DNA of 64,000 nt from Burkholderiaceae bacterium. GTDB lineage: Bacteria; Pseudomonadota; Gammaproteobacteria; Burkholderiales; Burkholderiaceae_C. This document shows positions 36,457 to 45,688 of this stretch, in pieces (positions within the stretch are counted from its first letter, which is position 1; each line of letters begins with the position of its first letter). The stretch lies in contig JBBCJV010000017.1 in NCBI GenBank assembly GCA_037190565.1, positions 18,939-82,938 of the forward strand. The letters run 5' to 3'. The notes beneath the pieces were generated by a model. The model saw only the letters and a program-made list of their open reading frames with translations. It ran no database searches and was not told the origin of the DNA. Both the position numbers and the translations under genes were made by a program.

Positions 36457-36492
36457 AAGAAAAAACGGGGCGGACCCGAAAGTCACGCCCCG
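36457..36492 (-). terminator. Rho-independent terminator downstream of amtB
   Basis: On the minus strand: CGGGGCG-N13-CGCCCCG followed by TTTTTTCTT. On the plus strand these are cggggcg 36466-36472, cgccccg 36486-36492 and an A-tract at 36457-36465. Confidence 0.6.
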
Positions 36493-36593
36493 CCTCGTTC
36501 CCATCGTGCCTGCGCGCAGTCGCGGTGGGCACGGTGCGCGCCGCTTGCTGCGGCGCTTGCCGCCGCGCTCGCCGCCGCGCGCAGCCGCTCACT

Positions 36594-38042
36594 TCACAGG
36601 TGATAGGCGGATTCGCCGTGCGACACGATGTCCAGCCCTTCGCGCTCCTCGTCTTCAGCCACGCGCAGGCCCAGGATCATGTCGACGATCTTGTAGCAGA
36701 TCGCCGCGACCACGCCCGACCAGATGATGGTGATGATCACACCCTTGAACTGCACCGCGAGCTGGCTGGCGATCGAGAAGTCAGCCGGGCCGGTGCCGCC
36801 CAGGCCGGGCGCGTTGAACACGCCGGTGAGCAGCGCGCCGACGATGCCGCCCACGCCGTGCACGCCGAACACGTCGAACGAGTCGTCCGCGCCCAGCATC
36901 TTCTTCAGGCCCGAGCAGGCCCACAGGCAGACGAAGCCGGCCACGGCACCCAGCACCAGCGAACCCATGGGGCCCACGAAGCCGGCCGCCGGCGTCACCG
37001 CCACCAGGCCGGCAACGGCACCGGAAGCAGCACCCAGCATGGAGGCCTTGCCCTTGCCCAGGCCTTCACCCACGCACCAGGCCAGCGTGGCCGCAGCGGT
37101 GGCCAGCACGGTGTTGACGAAGGCCAGGCCCGCGTCGCCGTTGGCTGCGCCGGCCGAGCCGGCGTTGAAGCCGAACCAGCCCACCCACAGCAGCGAGGCA
37201 CCGACCATGGTCAGCGTCAGCGAGTGCGGCGTCAGCGCCTCCTTGCCGTAGCCTATGCGCTTGCCGATGACGTAGGCGCCCACCAGGCCGGCGACGCCGG
37301 CGTTGATGTGCACCACGGTGCCACCGGCGAAGTCCAGCGCGCCGTCTTCGGCCAGCAGGCCGCCGCCCCACACCATGTGGGCCATGGGGATGTAGGAGAA
37401 GGTGAACCAGATCGCCGAGAACAGCAGCACGGCGCCGAACTTCACGCGCTCGGCGAACGAGCCCACGATCAGCGCGGTGGTGATGGCCGCGAAGGTGCCC
37501 TGGAAGGCCACGAACACGTACTCGGGGATGGTGTCCAGCGAAGCCGAGATCGTCTCCGTGGTGATGCCCTTCAGGAACAGCCGGTCGAAGGAGCCGAAGA
37601 ACGTGCCCTCGCCGCCGAAGGTCAGCGAGAAGCCGTAGATGGCCCACAACACCGAGATCAGCGAGAAGACGACGAACACCTGCATCAGCACCGACAGCAT
37701 GTTCTTCGAGCGCGCCAGGCCGCCGTAGAACAGCGCGAGGCCGGGGATGGTCATCAGGATGACCAGCAGCGTGGAGGTCAGCATCCAGGCGGTGTCGCCG
37801 CTGTTCAGCGTGGGCACGGCCTCTTCGGCGGCGGCCGCCACGGCTTCAACCGCTGCGGCGACGGCAGCCACCGCGGGCGCGACGGCGTCGGCAGCCGCCG
37901 GCGCGGCGGGTTCGCTGGCCGCGGCCGAGGCTTCGCCGGCGCCTTGTGTGGAGGTGCCGGTCTGCGCCAGTGCTGCGCCACCCAGGCCCAGCACCGCCAG
38001 GCCCAGGGCCAGGTGGAGGATCAGTTTTTTCATGGTACTCAT
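36594..38042 (-). CDS. amtB: Ammonium transporter AmtB
   Basis: 482 aa with a signal peptide and 11 TM helices. Amt signature blocks: DFAGGTVVHINAGVAGL, FGFNAGS, DDSFDVFGVHGVGGIVG. Confidence 0.92.
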   Translation of the reverse strand: MSTMKKLILHLALGLAVLGLGGAALAQTGTSTQGAGEASAAASEPAAPAAADAVAPAVAAVAAAVEAVAAAAEEAVPTLNSGDTAWMLTSTLLVILMTIPGLALFYGGLARSKNMLSVLMQVFVVFSLISVLWAIYGFSLTFGGEGTFFGSFDRLFLKGITTETISASLDTIPEYVFVAFQGTFAAITTALIVGSFAERVKFGAVLLFSAIWFTFSYIPMAHMVWGGGLLAEDGALDFAGGTVVHINAGVAGLVGAYVIGKRIGYGKEALTPHSLTLTMVGASLLWVGWFGFNAGSAGAANGDAGLAFVNTVLATAAATLAWCVGEGLGKGKASMLGAASGAVAGLVAVTPAAGFVGPMGSLVLGAVAGFVCLWACSGLKKMLGADDSFDVFGVHGVGGIVGALLTGVFNAPGLGGTGPADFSIASQLAVQFKGVIITIIWSGVVAAICYKIVDMILGLRVAEDEEREGLDIVSHGESAYHL

Positions 38043-38065
38043 CTCGTGTGGAAGGTCGTGACGCT

Positions 38066-39131
<1,066 letters not shown>

Positions 39132-39180
39132 GGAAGTCCTGGTGATGGCTGGGGAGGGGGTGGGGGTTCCAAGCCCCATG

Positions 39181-39196
39181 TGCAGCTTCCATGCCA
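39181..39196 (-). promoter_or_regulatory. Sigma-54 promoter (-24/-12) for the porin-glnK-amtB operon
   Basis: The minus strand reads TGGCATggaagCTGCA (GG-N10-GC), about 50 nt upstream of the porin ATG at 39131. Confidence 0.55.
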
Positions 39197-39280
39197 CGTC
39201 TTGGCACCCTGGCCGGCACCGAAACCGGGCGCATGCCCCGGGCGGAGCTGGGGCTTCGCACCACCGGCGCCGTTTGGTGC

Positions 39281-39295
39281 GCACCGAAACGGTGC
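39281..39295. promoter_or_regulatory. NtrC-type enhancer palindrome GCACC-N5-GGTGC
   Basis: gcaccgaaacggtgc, read directly, about 95 bp upstream of the sigma-54 element. Additional GGTGC/GCACC half-sites flank it. Confidence 0.5.
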
Positions 39296-39414
39296 AGAAC
39301 CGTGCAAGCCCCCGAAGAGGGCCCCCGCCGGTGGGCCCGTTGCGGGCGATGGGCGGCTTGGCCCTTCGCCGCTGCAATGGGCGCAGCCGCCTCGGGAAGG
39401 CAGGAGAAACCAAG

Positions 39415-40938
39415 ATGTCGCTTGCCGTGGTGGCCAGCCGGGCGCTGGACGGGTTGCAGGCACCGCCGGTGCAGGTGGAGGTGCAACTGGCCAACGGCCT
39501 GCCCAGCTTCACGCTGGTAGGCCTGGCCGAGACCGAGGTCAAGGAATCGCGCGAACGGGTGCGCGCCGCGCTGGCCAGCAGCGGCTTTGCCTTCCCGCAC
39601 AACCGGCGTGTCACCGTGAACCTGGCGCCGGCCGACCTGCCCAAGGAGTCCGGCCGCTTCGACCTGCCCATCGCGCTGGGCGTGCTGGCCGCCGACGGGC
39701 AGATCGATGCCGCGCGGCTGGCCGGGCATGAGTTCGCCGGCGAGTTGTCGCTGGCCGGCGCGCTGCGCCCGGTGCGCGGTGCCCTGGCCCTGGCGCTGGC
39801 CTTGCGCGACGACGCCGGCAGCCGCACGCTCGTGCTGCCCGCCGCCAGCGCCCGCATCGCGGCGCAGGTGCCGGGCCTGGACGTGCGCGCCGCCGAAACA
39901 CTGGCGCAGGTGACCGCGTCGCTGCAGGCCGGGACGGAGGCAGCGCCGCTGCCGCGTGCCGAGCCGCCGCCGCCGGCCGCGCGGCCGCCCCAGCCCGACC
40001 TGCGCGAGGTCAAGGGCCAGGCCGCTGCCAAACGGGCGCTGGAGGTCGCCGCTGCCGGCGGCCACCACCTGCTGCTGGTGGGCCCGCCGGGCAGCGGCAA
40101 GTCCATGCTGGCGCAGCGCCTGGCCGGGCTGCTGCCGCCGCTGGCCGAGCACGAAGCCTTGTCGGCGGCGGCCTTGCACGGCCTGGCGGCCGGCAGCACG
40201 TCGGCGCCGCCCCTGGCGCAGCGGCCGGTGCGCTCACCGCACCACAGCGCCAGCGCCGTGGCGCTGGTGGGCGGCGGCTCGCCGCCGCGGCCCGGCGAGA
40301 TCTCGCTGGCACACGGCGGCGTGCTGTTCCTCGACGAGCTGCCGGAGTTTGCGCGCGCCGCATTGGAAGCCCTGCGCGAACCGCTGGAAACCGGCCAGGT
40401 GAGCATTGCCCGCGCCGCCCGACGTGCGCAGTTCCCGGCACGTTTCCAGCTGGTGGCGGCCATGAACCCCTGCCCTTGCGGCTGGCTGGGCGCCACCGCA
40501 TCGCTGCGCCGCGCCTGCCGCTGCACGCCCGAGGCGGTGGCACGCTACCAGGGCCGGCTGTCGGGGCCGCTGCTGGACCGCATCGACTTGCAGGTGGAGG
40601 TGCCGGCCACGCCGGCCGCCGAACTGCTGGCCCTGCCCGACGGCGAGCCCAGCGCGGTGGTCGCCCGGCGGGTGCTGGCCGCGCAGCAGCTTCAGCAGGC
40701 GCGGCAGGGCCGGCTCAACGCCCAGCTGGACCCCGCCGGCGTGGACCGCCACTGTGCGCTGGACGATGCCAGCACCCGCCTGCTGCAAAGCGCCGCCGAA
40801 CGCCTGGCCTGGTCGGGCCGCCGCCTGCACCGCTGCCTGAAGCTGGCGCGCAGCATCGCCGACCTGGCCGGCGCCGAACACATCACCAGCCTGCACCTGG
40901 CCGAGGCGCTGCAGGGGCAGCGGGTGCTGGGGCCTTGA
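39415..40938 (+). CDS. yifB: YifB/ComM-family Mg-chelatase-like AAA+ ATPase
   Basis: 507 aa. N-terminal Lon-protease-like domain (MSLAVVASRALDGLQAPPVQVEVQL...GLAETEVKESRERV). Walker A GPPGSGKSML, LFLDELPEF, and a C-terminal Mg-chelatase subunit ChlI-like domain. Confidence 0.88.
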   Translation: MSLAVVASRALDGLQAPPVQVEVQLANGLPSFTLVGLAETEVKESRERVRAALASSGFAFPHNRRVTVNLAPADLPKESGRFDLPIALGVLAADGQIDAARLAGHEFAGELSLAGALRPVRGALALALALRDDAGSRTLVLPAASARIAAQVPGLDVRAAETLAQVTASLQAGTEAAPLPRAEPPPPAARPPQPDLREVKGQAAAKRALEVAAAGGHHLLLVGPPGSGKSMLAQRLAGLLPPLAEHEALSAAALHGLAAGSTSAPPLAQRPVRSPHHSASAVALVGGGSPPRPGEISLAHGGVLFLDELPEFARAALEALREPLETGQVSIARAARRAQFPARFQLVAAMNPCPCGWLGATASLRRACRCTPEAVARYQGRLSGPLLDRIDLQVEVPATPAAELLALPDGEPSAVVARRVLAAQQLQQARQGRLNAQLDPAGVDRHCALDDASTRLLQSAAERLAWSGRRLHRCLKLARSIADLAGAEHITSLHLAEALQGQRVLGP

Positions 40939-40961
40939 CGGGCCCCGGCAAGACCGCCCGT

Positions 40962-41954
40962 TCAGTCCAGCTTCAGCCCCAGGTCCAGGGCGGCCTTGGG
41001 CAGCACCGCCAGCTCACGCTGCAGCACCGCGGCGAAATCCTGGGCCGTGTTGCCGCTGACCGGGGCCACGCCGCCCAGCTCCAGCAGGCGCTGGCGGTAG
41101 GCCGGCTCGGCCACGATCTGCGCCACCTTCTCGCTGAGCAGGGCCACCACCGGCGCCGGGGTCTTGGCCGGCGCGATGAGACCGAACCAGACATCGAAGT
41201 CCACGCCGCCGGCCAGGCCCTGTTCGGTCAGCGTAGGCACGTCGGGCCACAGCTCCGAACGCGTGGCGCGCAGCTGGCCTATGGCGCGCAGCCGGCCCGA
41301 CTGTAGGAAGTTGCGCGCGTCGGCCGTGCCCAGCAGGCCCCAGGGCACCTCGTTGGCCATCAACGCCTGCACCAGCGGCGCGCCGCCCTTGTAGGGCACG
41401 TGCGTGAAGTTGCCGTCGGCGTGACCGTTGATCAGCTCGGAGGCCAGGTGCGACAAGCCGCCGGCGCCGGCCGAACCGTAGGGCAGGCCGCCTTTGCCGG
41501 CCTTCTTGCCGGCGGCTACCAGGTCTTGCACCGTCTTCCAGGGTGAATCGGCCGGCACCACCAGCACCAACGGCGCCAGCGACAGGCGGGCCAGGGGCAC
41601 AAAGTCCTCGGCGGTGAAACCGGCCCGGTTGTAGGTGACGGGGTTGATGGACAGCATGCCGGTCAGGCTCATGGCCAGCGTGTGGCCGTCGGCGTCCGCC
41701 TGGCGCAGCGCGTTCATGCCCAGGTTGCCGCTGGCGCCCGGGCGGTTTTCCACCACCACGGTCTGCTTCAGCTCTTCCTGCAGGCGCGGCGCCAGCAGGC
41801 GAGCCGCCACGTCGGTGGCACCGCCCGCCGGGTAGGGCACGATGATGCGCAGGGGCTTGGTCGGGAAGTTGCCGGCCTGGGCCAGCGCCGGTGCGGCCGC
41901 CAAGGCGGCCGAGCCAAGCAGCGCGGCCGTGGCCAGCCTACGGGTGATGGACAT
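40962..41954 (-). CDS. Bug-family (TctC-like) substrate-binding protein
   Basis: Signal peptide followed by FPTKPLRIIVPYPAGGATDVAAR. Confidence 0.85.
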   Translation of the reverse strand: MSITRRLATAALLGSAALAAAPALAQAGNFPTKPLRIIVPYPAGGATDVAARLLAPRLQEELKQTVVVENRPGASGNLGMNALRQADADGHTLAMSLTGMLSINPVTYNRAGFTAEDFVPLARLSLAPLVLVVPADSPWKTVQDLVAAGKKAGKGGLPYGSAGAGGLSHLASELINGHADGNFTHVPYKGGAPLVQALMANEVPWGLLGTADARNFLQSGRLRAIGQLRATRSELWPDVPTLTEQGLAGGVDFDVWFGLIAPAKTPAPVVALLSEKVAQIVAEPAYRQRLLELGGVAPVSGNTAQDFAAVLQRELAVLPKAALDLGLKLD

Positions 41955-42017
41955 GCAAGTCTCCTGTTGGGGTTGTCGTTTCGGGAAGGCGCCCGCAGGC
42001 CTTGTGCCGGCCTGCAG

Positions 42018-42069
42018 GGCGTGTTGGTGGGGCGTGTTGGTGGGACGTGTCGATGGGGCGTGCTGCTGC
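42018..42069. repeat. Four tandem copies of a 13-nt unit (GGCGTGTTGGTGG x2 perfect, then GACGTGTCGATGG and GGCGTGCTGCTGC) in the intergenic region upstream of the Bug gene
   Basis: Read directly at 42018-42030, 42031-42043, 42044-56 and 42057-69. Preceded by the 7-bp-stem hairpin GCAGGCC-N7-GGCCTGC. Confidence 0.5.
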
Positions 42070-42080
42070 GCTGGCGGCGT

Positions 42081-42959
42081 TCAGGCCGCCGCGGCCTCGT
42101 AGTGGGCCTGGCGCTGCTCCAGCGCCGGCCAGCCGATCACCTCCTTGAAGGCCGGCACCGTGGTGCGTGCAGCGGGCAGTTCGTCGAAGCGGCCGCCGCG
42201 GCGTGCCGCCAGCGCCGCCAGGTTGGCCTGCATGGCGGCCACCGCGCTCATCAGCGTGATCAGCGGATAGCTCGCGAAGACGGCCACCGATTCCACCTGT
42301 GCGCGGCTGAGCGCAGCCATCCAGGTGCCTTCCATCAGCTGCAGCGACAGCGGCCGGCCGCAGGTTTCGCGCAGCCGCACCAGGTCGTCGTAGCCGCTGA
42401 AGGTGCGCGTGATGGGCTGTATCAGGTCGGCACCGGCCTCGGCGTAGCGGGCGGCGCGCTCCAGGGCCTCGTTCGGGTCGGTGGCGTCGGTGCGCGCGAC
42501 GATGAGCAAGGCGGGGTCCTGGCGCGCGTCCACCGCGGCGCGTATCTTGGCCACCGCCTCGGACACCGGCAGCGTCGCCAGCTCCTTGGCCGCCACCGGG
42601 CAGCGCTTGGGGCTGAGCTGGTCTTCCAGCGACAGCGCGGCGGCGCCGGCCTTCTCGAAGGCGCGCACGGTGCGCGCCACGTTCAACACATTGCCGTAGC
42701 CGGTGTCGGCATCGGCGAAAACCGGCTTGCGCACGACGTTGGCGATGTGGTCCACGACGCGCACGTTCTCGGTCAGCGTGTACAGCTCCATGTCGGGCTG
42801 TCCCAGCAGCGCAGCGGAGATGCCGAAGCCGGTGGTGAACACGCCGTCGAAGTCCGACTGGTCCACCAGCAGCGCCGACAGCGCGTCCTGCGCGCCGGCA
42901 AACCAGGTGGTCTGGCCGCTGGCCACGCGGTGGCGCAGGGCTTGGCGGGGGGTGGTCAT
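42081..42959 (-). CDS. Isocitrate lyase / PEP mutase superfamily enzyme (2-methylisocitrate lyase / dimethylmalate lyase-like)
   Basis: 292 aa. ...FTTGFGISAALLGQPDMELYTLTE..., FADADTGYGN, ALSLEDQLSPKRC (the catalytic loop KRCGH is degenerate), IVARTDA. Confidence 0.8.
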   Translation of the reverse strand: MTTPRQALRHRVASGQTTWFAGAQDALSALLVDQSDFDGVFTTGFGISAALLGQPDMELYTLTENVRVVDHIANVVRKPVFADADTGYGNVLNVARTVRAFEKAGAAALSLEDQLSPKRCPVAAKELATLPVSEAVAKIRAAVDARQDPALLIVARTDATDPNEALERAARYAEAGADLIQPITRTFSGYDDLVRLRETCGRPLSLQLMEGTWMAALSRAQVESVAVFASYPLITLMSAVAAMQANLAALAARRGGRFDELPAARTTVPAFKEVIGWPALEQRQAHYEAAAA

Positions 42960-43489
42960 GCAGGGGTTCCTTTCGTGCGCGCCAGCCGCGTCTTCAGGTA
43001 GGGGATCAACCCGCCGGCTTCCAGCGTGGCGCGCTCGGCGGTGGACAAGGGCTGCAGCGGCAGCGCGCTGCCGCTGCCGGCGTGGCGCACCAGGCCGGCG
43101 GCCCAGTCGACTTCCAACTCGTCGCCGCGCTGCGCCAGGGCCACGATGCCGGGGCAGGTGACCAGCGGGAAACCCATGCTGATCTCACCGCGGAAGAAGC
43201 CCGGCGAGAACGACTCCGCCACCACGCCGGCGATGCCCAGGTGGCGCATGGCCCGCATGGCCGGGTAGTGCGGGTGGCCGTAGCCGAAGTTGCGCCCGCC
43301 CACCAGCAGGTCGCCGCGCTGCACGCTGGCGGCGAAGCCAGGCGCGCGGTCGGCCATGGCCAGCGCGGCCAGTTCCTTCACGTCGGTGATCTTGATGTTG
43401 CGCACGCCCACGATGAGGTCGATGTCGAAGTCGTCCTCGTCGAAGACCCAGGCCACGCGGCCGCGCAGGTTGTGCAGGCCCGTGCCCAT
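42956..43489 (-). CDS. Aconitase-superfamily small subunit (LeuD-like swivel domain)
   Basis: 177 aa, GRVAWVFDEDDFDIDLIVG...LLVGGRNFGYGHPHYPAMRAMRHLGIAGVVAESF. The start overlaps the stop of the large subunit gene (TGATG). Confidence 0.8.
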   Translation of the reverse strand: MGTGLHNLRGRVAWVFDEDDFDIDLIVGVRNIKITDVKELAALAMADRAPGFAASVQRGDLLVGGRNFGYGHPHYPAMRAMRHLGIAGVVAESFSPGFFRGEISMGFPLVTCPGIVALAQRGDELEVDWAAGLVRHAGSGSALPLQPLSTAERATLEAGGLIPYLKTRLARTKGTPA

Positions 43490-44760
43490 CAGCGTGCCCC
43501 CAGGTAGGGCCGCGGGTCGGCGATGCGGCCTTCCAGCGCCGAGGCCGCCACCACCGCGGCATTGCACAGGTAGATCTCGGAATCCACGCTGCCCATGCGG
43601 CCCGGCGTGTTCAGCGTGCCGGTGGACACCGCGCGCTGGCCATCGGCCATGGTGGCGATGCGGCCATAGCAGTAGTCGCAGGTGGGCGAGCTGACGAAGG
43701 CGCCGGCCTCCACCAGCGTCTCGATCAGGCCCTCGCGCGCGGCCTGGGCCATGATGGCCTGCGAGGTGGGCACCACGTGCAGCTGGAAGCCCGGCCGCAC
43801 CTGGCGCCCGCGCAGCACCTCGGCCGCCACGCGCAGGTCTTCCAGCCGGCCGCTGGCGCAGGAGCCCAGGTAGCCGGTGTGCACCTCCAGGCCCAGGTGG
43901 CGCGACAGGTCCTGGGTGTTGGCCGGGCTGGGCGGCACCACCACGATGGGCTCCAGCGCCGACACGTCGATCACCACCCGGCGCTCGTACACCGCGTCGG
44001 CGTCGGGGTACACCGGCTCCAGCGCCAGCCGCGGCCGGCCCTGCAGCCAGTCCAGCGTCTTGGCGTCGGGGGCGATCAGCATGGTGCTGGCGCCCAGGAA
44101 CATGGCCTGGCCGCACAGGGTCTGGCGGCCCTCGATACTCATCGCGTCTATCACCGGGCCGGCCAGCTCCACCGCCTTGAAGGCGCAGGACGACGGGCCC
44201 AGCACGCGCACCAGGTGGTGGAACACGTCGCGCGCCATCACGCCCGGCTGCAGCGTGCCGGTCAGCTGGATGTGCACGGTGGCCGGCACCGTCATCGCCA
44301 GCGTCTCGGAGACGAAGGTTTCCAGCACGCCCTTGCGCGCGCCGAAGGCGTAGGCCCCAAAGGCGCCCAGCTGGCTGACGTGGCCGTCGAAGTGCACGAT
44401 GAAGGCGCCGGGCACCGCGTAGCCCAGCTCGGCCGAGACCTGGTGGCCTATGCCCTTGCGCTCGTACACCGGCACGCCCTGCTCCGCACCCCAGCTGCGG
44501 GTCACGCGGTGCAGTTCTTCCTCCTTGGGCGCGGCGGCCGGGACCATGTGGTCTATGAACAGCACGAAGCGCTCGGGGCTGGACACCTTGTCCACGCCGA
44601 ACTCTTCACGCGCCTCGCGGAAGAACACGTCGGTGTAGCCGGGGAAGTCGTAGCTGATGACGAAGTCCGGCCGCGCCTCAATGTCATCGCCCGGGCTCAC
44701 CGCCTTCCGGCCGCTGGCGCGGGCCAGGATCTTTTCGGTCATGGTTTGCGGGCGCGGCAT
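43489..44760 (-). CDS. Aconitase-superfamily large subunit (LeuC / homoaconitase / dimethylmaleate hydratase-like)
   Basis: MTEKILARASGRKAVSPGD..., GIGHQV, Fe-S ligand regions GSCASGR and PTCDYCYG. The start is 44760 or 44742. I disfavour the 44775 start because it overlaps the operator palindrome. Confidence 0.8.
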   Translation of the reverse strand: MPRPQTMTEKILARASGRKAVSPGDDIEARPDFVISYDFPGYTDVFFREAREEFGVDKVSSPERFVLFIDHMVPAAAPKEEELHRVTRSWGAEQGVPVYERKGIGHQVSAELGYAVPGAFIVHFDGHVSQLGAFGAYAFGARKGVLETFVSETLAMTVPATVHIQLTGTLQPGVMARDVFHHLVRVLGPSSCAFKAVELAGPVIDAMSIEGRQTLCGQAMFLGASTMLIAPDAKTLDWLQGRPRLALEPVYPDADAVYERRVVIDVSALEPIVVVPPSPANTQDLSRHLGLEVHTGYLGSCASGRLEDLRVAAEVLRGRQVRPGFQLHVVPTSQAIMAQAAREGLIETLVEAGAFVSSPTCDYCYGRIATMADGQRAVSTGTLNTPGRMGSVDSEIYLCNAAVVAASALEGRIADPRPYLGAR

Positions 44761-44769
44761 GCTCAAAAC

Positions 44770-44784
44770 TTCCACATATTGGAA
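44770..44784. promoter_or_regulatory. Palindrome TTCCACATATTGGAA; candidate IclR operator in the divergent intergenic region
   Basis: Read directly. A second related site lies at 44860-44874 and a degenerate one at about 44803-44816. Confidence 0.45.
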
Positions 44785-44859
44785 AACTTAGGGCGACTGG
44801 GTTTCCCAGAATTGAAGTTCCTTGCGGAGCGGACACGATTCAGGTTGAACCCGAAATTT

Positions 44860-44874
44860 TTCCGAATAGTGGAA
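44860..44874. promoter_or_regulatory. Second IclR-type box TTCCGAATAGTGGAA
   Basis: Read directly. It has the same TTCC-N7-GGAA architecture and overlaps the proposed GTG start of the IclR gene, suggesting autoregulation. Confidence 0.4.
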
Positions 44875-45684
44875 GTCTCAGATTCCTTCGCGCCTGACAG
44901 CCTGCCCGAGACGGCCGCGCGCAGCGGCACCCAAAGCATCGAGCGCGCCGTGGGCGTGCTGCGCGTGGTGGCCTCGCGCGGGCGCAGCGGCATGCGCCTG
45001 GGCGAGCTGGCCACGGCCAGCGGCCTGCCCACCTCCACCTGCTTTCGCATGCTGCAGCGGCTGGAAGCCGAAGGCCTGGTCGAGCGCCATGCGGTCACAC
45101 GCAAGTACTTCCTGGGGCCGCTGCTGTACGAGCTGGGTCTGCTGGCGCGGCCGCGCTACCCCCTGGCCGAACGCTGCGAACCCGCGATGGCCGAACTGGC
45201 CGAGCTGACCAAGGACACGGTGTACCTCAGCGAGCGCCGCGGGCTGGAATCCATCTGCGCCGCGCGTGTGCTGGGCGACTACCCCATCAAGGCCTTGACG
45301 CTGGACGTGGGCGTGCGCCGGCCGGTGGGCGTCGGCGCAGGCGGCCTGGCCATGCTGTGCGCGCTGCCGCCCGCCCAGGCCGAGGACATCATCGAAGCCA
45401 ACACGCCACGCTACCGCCAGCACTCCACGCTGGACGCGGCGCAGGTGCGCACGGCGGTGATCGCCGGGCGCGCGCGGGGCTTTGCCTTCCTGGACGGCCC
45501 GGTGGTGCCGGGGGTAGCGGCGGTGGGCGTGGCCTTCCCGGCCGACAACCCGGTGGCGGCCCTCAGCGTGGCGGCCATCTCCACGCGCCTGGACGAACAA
45601 CGCCGCACGGAGATCGCAGCAGCCTTGCAGCGCCAGGCGCTGCGGCTGACGCGCGGCCTGGCGCTGGCGCACCAGGCGCTGTGA
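44869..45684 (+). CDS. IclR-family transcriptional regulator
   Basis: SIERAVGVLRVVASRGRSGMRLGELATASGLPTSTCFRMLQRLEAEGLV (wHTH) plus an IclR effector domain. The start is GTG 44869 or TTG 44845. The long 5' part of the 43777..45684 ORF is antisense shadow of the LeuC-like gene. Confidence 0.85.
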   Translation: MEVSDSFAPDSLPETAARSGTQSIERAVGVLRVVASRGRSGMRLGELATASGLPTSTCFRMLQRLEAEGLVERHAVTRKYFLGPLLYELGLLARPRYPLAERCEPAMAELAELTKDTVYLSERRGLESICAARVLGDYPIKALTLDVGVRRPVGVGAGGLAMLCALPPAQAEDIIEANTPRYRQHSTLDAAQVRTAVIAGRARGFAFLDGPVVPGVAAVGVAFPADNPVAALSVAAISTRLDEQRRTEIAAALQRQALRLTRGLALAHQAL

Positions 45685-45688
45685 ACCG

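Noticed and set aside
39132-40526. Upstream 465 codons of the 696-aa minus-strand ORF 38436..40526.
   Set aside because: Only the last 231 codons (signal peptide onward) are protein-like. The remainder is antisense to yifB/comM and is low complexity.
40939-40961. Short hairpin ACGGGC-N12-GCCCGT between the convergent yifB and Bug genes, considered as a bidirectional terminator.
   Set aside because: It has only a 6-bp stem with a 12-nt loop and no U/A tracts, which is too weak to call.
43777-44868. 5' two-thirds of the 635-aa plus-strand ORF 43777..45684.
   Set aside because: It is antisense to the LeuC-like gene. Recognisable IclR sequence starts only near 44869.
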